Positions 1-64,000 of a stretch of 64,000 bases of DNA are shown here, one piece after another. Numbering within the stretch: position 1 is the first letter of the stretch; every line of letters starts with the position of its first letter. The translations under genes and the position numbers were made by a program. The notes beneath the pieces are model-generated. The model was not told where the DNA came from. It did no database searches and was given only the letters and a program-made list of their open reading frames with translations. Origin of the DNA: Octopus bimaculoides (taxonomy: Eukaryota); the NCBI RefSeq assembly GCF_001194135.2, contig NC_068986.1, positions 72,722,383-72,786,382 of the forward strand. Reading direction: 5' to 3'.

Positions 1-386
1 AATCTATGATGAAGCACTAGTCTGATCTTAAGTACTCTGTCACTTACTCTAACGACCTCGATTACCTTATCCACCCATTTCTCCGCTAGAAGTATTCCTA
101 CGCCCCCGACCCCGTCAGTGTTCCCTGCCCAGAAAATCTTGTACCTGTGTTCTTTGCCTGTGAGGAACCTCGCAGAACCTCCTCTCCATCTTACTTCCTG
201 GATGCAGCACATATCTACGCGTCTCCGTTCAAGCATCTCAACAATTTCACCAGATCTACATTTCAGCGTGCCGACGTTGAGAGTGCCAATCCTAACAGTA
301 TGGGTGTTGGGGGTGTGGGCCTGTAGCCTGGGAAGGGGAAAAGCAGTGTCGTGTACCTGAAAAGAAAATATGTCTTTTGAGATCAT
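1..386 (-). mobile_element. RTE-clade LINE, 5' part with uninterrupted apurinic-type endonuclease frame running off the window edge
   Basis: Minus-strand ATG at 386, no stop to base 1: ...THTVRIGTLNVGTLKCRSGEIVEMLERRRVDMCCIQEVRWRGGSARFL...FWAGNTDGVGGVGILLAEKWVDKVIEVVRVSDRVLKIRLV. The xxxNV, IQEVRW and GVGILL motifs are typical of RTE endonucleases. Confidence 0.9.
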
Positions 387-479
387 TTGTCACTGTCAGT
401 TGTCATTGAGTAATCTACAAAAGGATATCATAGAAGCAGCTCTTTCGTTCTGTTAATTCTGCCTGCAGGACATATGAGG

Positions 480-830
480 AATTGAATGTCACTGTTGAGT
501 TATCTATAGCTAGTCTCATCTTATTTGTTCTATCACACACTTTGACTCTCTCAATTATTTTGTCCATTTCTCAACTAACAGTATTCTTATCCCATCCCTG
601 CTGCCTCTATTACTCGCTCAGAAGAATTCATATTGTCTCTTATCTGTGAGGAGTTTTGTTGAGGCTCCTTTCTATCTTACCTCTTGCACACTTTCACTCA
701 TCTCTAGTCCAGCATTTCCACAATTTCACCAGGCCTACTTTTCATCATATCTACATTTATGGTTGGTATCCTAAAGTTTGGGAGCCTATGGGAAGAGGAA
801 GGGGGGCATGTCTTTGGTGACATGCTATTG
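480..830 (-). mobile_element. Degenerate RTE endonuclease fragment
   Basis: ORF 704..895 ends FRIPTINVDMMKSRPGEIVEMLD, homologous to the intact copy at 1-386; boundaries approximate. Confidence 0.7.
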
Positions 831-1589
831 GCATAGTAGCGCATAAAAGGTACCCAGCACACTGTAAACTGGTTAACATTAAGTAGGGCATCCAACCATA
901 GAAATCATGCCAAAACAAACAATTGGAGCCTGGACAGCTCTCTGGCTGGTCAGTTCCTGTCAAACTGTCTAATCCATGGAAAACAGACATTAAATGGTAA
1001 TGATTTGCATACTGTCAAATCTACATCCTTGGCCACTTTGGTAGTCTTTCATCCCTTGACATCCATATCACATCTCTTTATTATTTATCTATGCTACATC
1101 CATGCTACAGTCATGCAAGTCTCTATTGGTTAAGCCTTTATCATTTATGCTTCTAGCTCTCATACCTTATTGCTCATCTCTCAATTACTCCCTTCTCTTA
1201 ACCATTGCACTAGTTTTTTTTTTGTTGAACTACACTGCCTTTCTTTCACTTAATTTCATAAATAATGAAGAATTTGGTAAAATAACTTTGTCATTATTAA
1301 AGCTGGTGTTTGGAACATCAAAATATGGAATTTTGATGGAAAGTTTAAATTTAGATCACTTTGAAACAAGAAGTTTGTATCATAGAACCAGAGATGCTCT
1401 CAGCTGGGTTGGTATCAACAAAGTTAATGCTATTGTACTATGCTGTTAATATGACAAAGAATAACAGTGAATTTCTTCTCTTCTACTGGGTTCAATTCCT
1501 TTGACAAAAAAATTCTCCAAGGCAGTGCCCCAGCATGGTCGCAGTCTAATGACTGAAACAAAAGATATATATATGATATATATTGTATT

Positions 1590-1945
1590 ATAGTTATGGC
1601 TGGTGCTAGTTTCGCGTAACTGGCACCTGTGCCAGTGACACATAAAAAGCACCCTTCAAACCTTGGGCTTCACGAAGGCAGTGACAAGTGAGCAAGACCT
1701 TTGGCAATGTACTGTGCTTGAGAAGACTTGTGAAGTGAAGTGAGATCACAAGTCGTGGCCAATGCCAGTGTTTTGTAACTGGCACATAAAAAACACCCCC
1801 TACACTCTTGGAGTGGTTGGTGTTAGGAAGGGCATCCAGCTGTAGAAACTATGCCAAAATCAGATTAGAATTTGGTGCAGCTTATAGTTTTCAGTCAAAC
1901 CATCCAAACCATGCCATCATGGAAAACGGACATTAAATGATGACT
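1590..1945 (+). mobile_element. RTE 3'-end / RTE-tailed SINE-like copy (family seen about 15 times in the window)
   Basis: Contains ggaagggcatccagctgtagaaac and ends catgccatcatggaaaacggacattaaatgatga. The same 3' end occurs at about 880-1000, 9380-9530, 21370-21515, 38270-38460, 55030-55190, 60500-60630 and others. Confidence 0.75.
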
Positions 1946-2549
1946 ATGATATTGTAGCTTAAGCACATGTGTTAATGTGTGTTTTCTCACGGCTGGGTGT
2001 GTCCTCTCTAGCACTACATATTATCAGTCATTATGGTCCTTTGAAATCTCTGTGAGAGGTAGCATCTTCTGGTCAACCTTAACCACTTCCGATTCTTCCT
2101 TAGTCTCGTTTTTGAACAAGCACTCAAAACTTGTGTATGCAGCAGTCTCCTCTTACACACTATCTGGTCAGGGCCAGATTAAGACCTTGGAGGCCCTAAG
2201 CACTTAAAAGATTTTGATGCCCCATACATATGTAATTCAAAATATAAACAATAATAAACCATAAAATAAAATTTTATATTTCAAAATGAAACAAAACTAG
2301 CAGTAAGATGGAAAATAATGTTTACTTTTGTATACTATTTGAGAAGTTTTCTGTTTCTTTTAATTGCAAAGTCTTGGATCAGATCCTCAAAATTACTCTT
2401 ACATAACACATCTGCTTCTTTATTTAGTAGAAGTAAGGCATCCTGAATATTATTTTTGCAAGTTTAAAGTAGTTTCTTTTGTGCCATAAAACACACCTGG
2501 AAATTTCTCTCTAATTCTACCACAGATTCAGCTGTGAGAACTATATCAT

Positions 2550-3470
2550 CAGGACTAAGCTTCTATTGACTCTTACCTTCATACTAAATTGACTACTGAA
2601 CCCATCAATGACTCACATTTTACTTATTACACCTTTATACTTTTTTTTTTTTTTTTTTTCATAGTCATATGTCAATAACAATTTCTCTGAACCTATAACC
2701 AACTACAGATCTTTTAGCTTTTGTGTATTCTCTATATTGTCTTCTGTCTCTGAATCTACTTAGCTCTGACTCTGAAATATCTAGCCACTTATCTATGTTG
2801 GGTAGTCCAAGAAAGACTTTGGTCTTTACAAAGGTCTGTCAGTCTCATATCATTGTGAAAATGAAATCTGTGCACCATATTGGTAGGTGATGAGATGGCT
2901 AGCTGGCTTCTTGAAGTGTATATTGCAAATTGTTAGTTCAGTTGCATCACCACACTCCCAGAGCCTTACACTCTCTTAATTTATCATGCCAAGGCCATGA
3001 ACACATGAATATCATTGATGCCTTTGTCATTTTGACCAACATGCCTGTTAAAATCACCAACTCTGATAATGAAGTTGTTGCTAATCGTTGTTAAGGTAAT
3101 CTGCAGAAGGGCCTCATGGTATTGGTTCTGTTTGTCTGCCAATTCTGATTATAGGGTATACTTGAAAATGAATGCTTCTGTAGGTATACTTATCCAGCTT
3201 TGCATCCCAACTACCTCAATTAATTTAGCTATTCATTGCTTAGTTAACAGTATGCATGCCCCACTTCTATCACCACTTTTACTCACCTAGAAGAATTTGT
3301 ATTACTGTTTCTTGCTCCTGAGGAGTTTGGTTGAGGATCTTTTCAATTTTGCACATATCACAATCATCCTCTTGTCTCTGCTTCAATATCTCCACAGTCT
3401 CCTCATACTTTGCTTTCATTCTGCTTACATTGATGGTAGCATATCTGATATGTATGCATATATAGATAAG
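2550..3470 (-). mobile_element. Degenerate LINE body, probably RTE
   Basis: Purine-rich minus-strand coding-like sequence with many stops and frameshifts, similar in style to the other RTE relics; boundaries approximate. Confidence 0.45.
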
Positions 3471-4261
3471 ATATGCAGGTGTAGTTGTGTGGTTAAAAAA
3501 GTTCAATTCACAATCATGTGGTTTCAGGTTGAGTCTTCTGCTATAGTTCAGGGATTTGTGAACATATTTGGTAGGTGTGTGTGCATTGGTTCGCTGTGAA
3601 AGTCAAGTAATGTTGTCGCTTCTCTCAACAAATCATTCACTCACTTCATACTTTCAAAGGTATGTAAAATAAAAGATGCCTTATTTGAAAAACAGGTAAA
3701 GGTTGGTGATGAGTAGGGCATTCAGCTGTAATACAGTCCCTCAATGATATATTCATCTTACCTATTCTAGCATGGAGAAATAGATATAAAACAAACCAGT
3801 TTGTGAAGACACATGGCATAGTGTTTAGGGTACTGGGCCCTATCTTAAGTTCATGGGTTTGATTCCAGGACTATGCAACACATTGTGTCCTTGAGCAAGG
3901 CACTTCATTTCCTGTTATTCTAGTCTACTCAGCTATAAACATGTACCAACCTACTGCTGGTGTACCAAGTGTTTTCATGTCGTAATTGCATAAATATTTT
4001 CATTTAATTGGGATTTTTTACATTTACTATGTTACATTTATGAGACCGTACTGTATTTGTATTTAGTATACCAAACACTACCTTGAGGTATTTTCCCTCA
4101 CTCATATTGTTATCAAGGTATATAGACATTTCTGTATAGCAAAGGAATTTCACTGTGTAAAAATATTCTGTCTGCAATCACTCTGCATCACACACTAAGC
4201 ACTAGTGAGAGTTCAAGGAAGGCAGTATTGCTTTCTGCCAAAGTTTGGAGCCAAATGTTTG

Positions 4262-4850
4262 AAGCTTGTTTGCTAACCATATGGTTCCGGTTTCAGTCTC
4301 ACTGTGTGGCACCTTGAGCAAGTGACTTCTACTATAGACTCGGGCTGACCAAAACCTTGTGAGTGGATTTGGTAGGCAGAAACTGAAAGGGCGGCGAGTT
4401 TGGCAGAAACGTTAGCACGCCGGGCGAAATGCTTATCGGTATTTCGTCTGCCGTTACTTTCTGAGTTCAAATTCCACCGAGGTCGACTTTGCCTTTCATC
4501 CTTTCGGGGTCGATTAAATAAGTACCAGTTACGCACTGGGGGTCGATATAATCGACTTAATCCGTTTGTCCCCTCTGTGTGTAGCCCCTTGTGGGCAGTC
4601 AAGAAATAAGAAACTGAAAGTAGCCTGTTATATTTATGTGCATATATCTTTGTGTCTCCCCATCAATGCTTGATAACTGGTGTTGGTGTGTTTACATCTC
4701 CGTAAACTAGCGGTTCAGCAGAAGAGACTGATAGAATAAGTGTTAGACTTAAAAAATAAGACTTGGGGTTGATTTGTTCAACTAAAACTCCTCAAAGTAG
4801 TGCTCCAGCATAACTCCACTCAAATGACTGAAACAAGTAAAAGAATAAAT
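4262..4850 (+). mobile_element. tRNA-derived SINE family A interrupted by a family C SINE (4390-4608)
   Basis: Family A body (ggcaccttgagcaagt...gtgagtggatttggtag...gactgaaacaagtaaaagaata) is split by an insert flanked by a perfect 12-bp duplication agaaactgaaag at 4378-4389 and 4609-4620. Confidence 0.85.
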
Positions 4851-5073
4851 CCTGCACACACACTCACGCATACAGGGTCTAGTTTTGTCCAGTCTGGTCT
4901 GGTCTGGTCTAGTCTGGTCCACTAAGAGACCAGCGTTAAGAACAAGTAGTCCAGCCTATGCACATCAAGAGATTTCCTGGATCTCAACACCGTTACCAAA
5001 GTTCTCAGTGTCTTGTTACTGAGCTTGCAGCACATTATTGACAGTTTGGAGAAATGTATAATTATTCTACCAT

Positions 5074-5408
5074 TGGTTCGATTCCCAGACCGGGCATTGT
5101 GAGTGTTTATTGAGCGAAAACACCTAAATCTTCACAAGGCTCCGGCAGGGGATGGTGGCGAACCCTGCTGTACTCTTTCACCACCACTTTCTCTCACTCT
5201 TACTTCCTGTTTCTGTTTTGCCTGTAATTCAAAGGGTCAGCCTTGTCACACTGTGTCATGTTGAATATCCCTGAGAACTACATTAAGGGTACACATGTCT
5301 GTGGAGTGCTCAGCCACTTGCATGTTAATTTCATGAGCAGGCTGTTCCGTTGATCGGATCAACTGGAACCTTCGACGTCGTAAGCGACGGAGTGCCAACA
5401 ACAACAAC
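5074..5408 (+). mobile_element. SINE family B, 5'-truncated
   Basis: Near-identical to 27728-28091; ends gacggagtgcc followed by a (CAA)n tail. Confidence 0.85.
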
Positions 5409-5450
5409 TACCATTGATATATCTGTCTTGCTAGAGATTCTGGTTTTTAA

Positions 5451-5857
5451 CTCGGTAACATTTAAACCAGTGATATCAAGCCTAAATATTCTACCTGTTT
5501 TATGTTCAAACTTACCAGAGCTGGTCTCTCACACCTACCCTATAATGTCATTATAAAAATAAGCAATCACATCACTGAAATCTTGAAGCTACAAGATGAT
5601 GCATGATTAATTCAGCTTTGCATTTGACAGAATAATCTGAATGCTAAAGGATTAAACTGGCTATATCCAGCCCAAATATTCCCTCTAGTTTATGTTCAAA
5701 CTGGCCAGATCTGCCCCCACCTATCTTAGAATGTCATTCTAAAAGTAAACAATCACATTATCAAAATCTCAAAGCAATGAGATAATGGTAGGATTAATTC
5801 AAAACAATGTGAGCAAATAAGCATTACATTTGACAAAGTAATCTGAATGCTAAAGGG
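5451..5857. mobile_element. Tandem pair of ~200-bp piggyBac-type MITEs
   Basis: Right end aatgctaaaggg|ttaa. The same family (ttaa|ccctttagcatt ... aatgctaaaggg|ttaa) recurs at 9892-10107, about 20245-20425, 49179-49379 and 55633-55792. Confidence 0.7.
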
Positions 5858-6113
5858 TTAATTTGGAAATGTAGAAAACTTGATTTGTCTTTATATTTCT
5901 GTTAAATAATACTTGGATTTTTTTATTTATTTTTTTTGTAAATTGTGCAACTATTTGGAAACAAATGACAGAAAAAATTTTGTTATTCAATATAGAAATA
6001 AGATTATCAACTCCTTACAATATACCTCTTATTTTAATGTCTCCTTCTTCTGTTATCCATTTTTTTTTTAAATCTATACAGTGAAAGGAATAGACAAATC
6101 ATTAATGAAAATA

Positions 6114-6315
6114 CAGGGTGGTCCAAAAGTCACACACCAAAAAATTTGACATTTTATTTATATTACATTATTATTATCCATTTTGTTCAATATGTACAAG
6201 TATGTGTGTATTCATCATTTGTTTATTTTATTCAATTTTAAAAATATCGAATGATGTCTTTGACTATTCTGAAGCGTGCTGAAATTATTTTGTGCATGAC
6301 TTTTGGCCCACACTG
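6114..6315. mobile_element. Tc1/mariner-type MITE (202 bp)
   Basis: TA|cagggtggtccaaaagtcac ... atgacttttggcccacactg|TA; 17/20 TIR match with TA on both sides. Confidence 0.75.
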
Positions 6316-6480
6316 TATGTATTATATATCCTTAGGAAATAGACAATCTGTTGATAAAAGGTGTAATTTGTTTGATATATTTCATGTCCCCTCTAAAAAT
6401 TTAACGTTGTTTTCAGAAAAAACTATATTGCAATATATTTACATTATTTACTTTATTTAAATGTTTTAGGACAAAGCAAG

Positions 6481-63881
<57,401 letters not shown>

Positions 63882-64000
63882 GTTATTTCTTTCAATGGAA
63901 AAAAATAAATATTTGTTAGCAGTGTCGTTATTTCAGCTTAAAACTCAATTTAGACACTAATATTACCACCACTGCCACTACCATCACCATTTTATTGTTT

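Overview
AT-rich, repeat-dense animal genomic DNA. It is most likely an octopus (coleoid cephalopod), inferred from the SINE/RTE repeat families. Almost the whole window (6470-63881) is one plus-strand gene, the chromatin-remodelling ATPase INO80. I reconstructed 34 GT-AG coding exons by hand; their phases chain without frameshift into an ORF of 1458 aa up to the last confident donor, or 1468 aa if the last exon reads through to the TAA at 63879-63881. The protein has the DBINO/HSA region, the split SNF2 ATPase motifs and a C-terminal AT-hook. The promoter and 5'UTR exon are not visible. Introns contain tRNA-derived SINEs (at least three families), RTE and CR1/L2-type LINE fragments, piggyBac, hAT and Tc1/mariner derivatives with terminal inverted repeats (TIRs) and target-site duplications (TSDs), a Helentron-type non-autonomous element, micro/minisatellites and one 10-N gap. 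Most ORF-track entries are spurious or exon read-throughs. I found no clearly novel biological system. The best unexplained lead is a duplicated ~160-bp structured element in intron 21, which could be an H/ACA-like RNA, a poison exon or a repeat.
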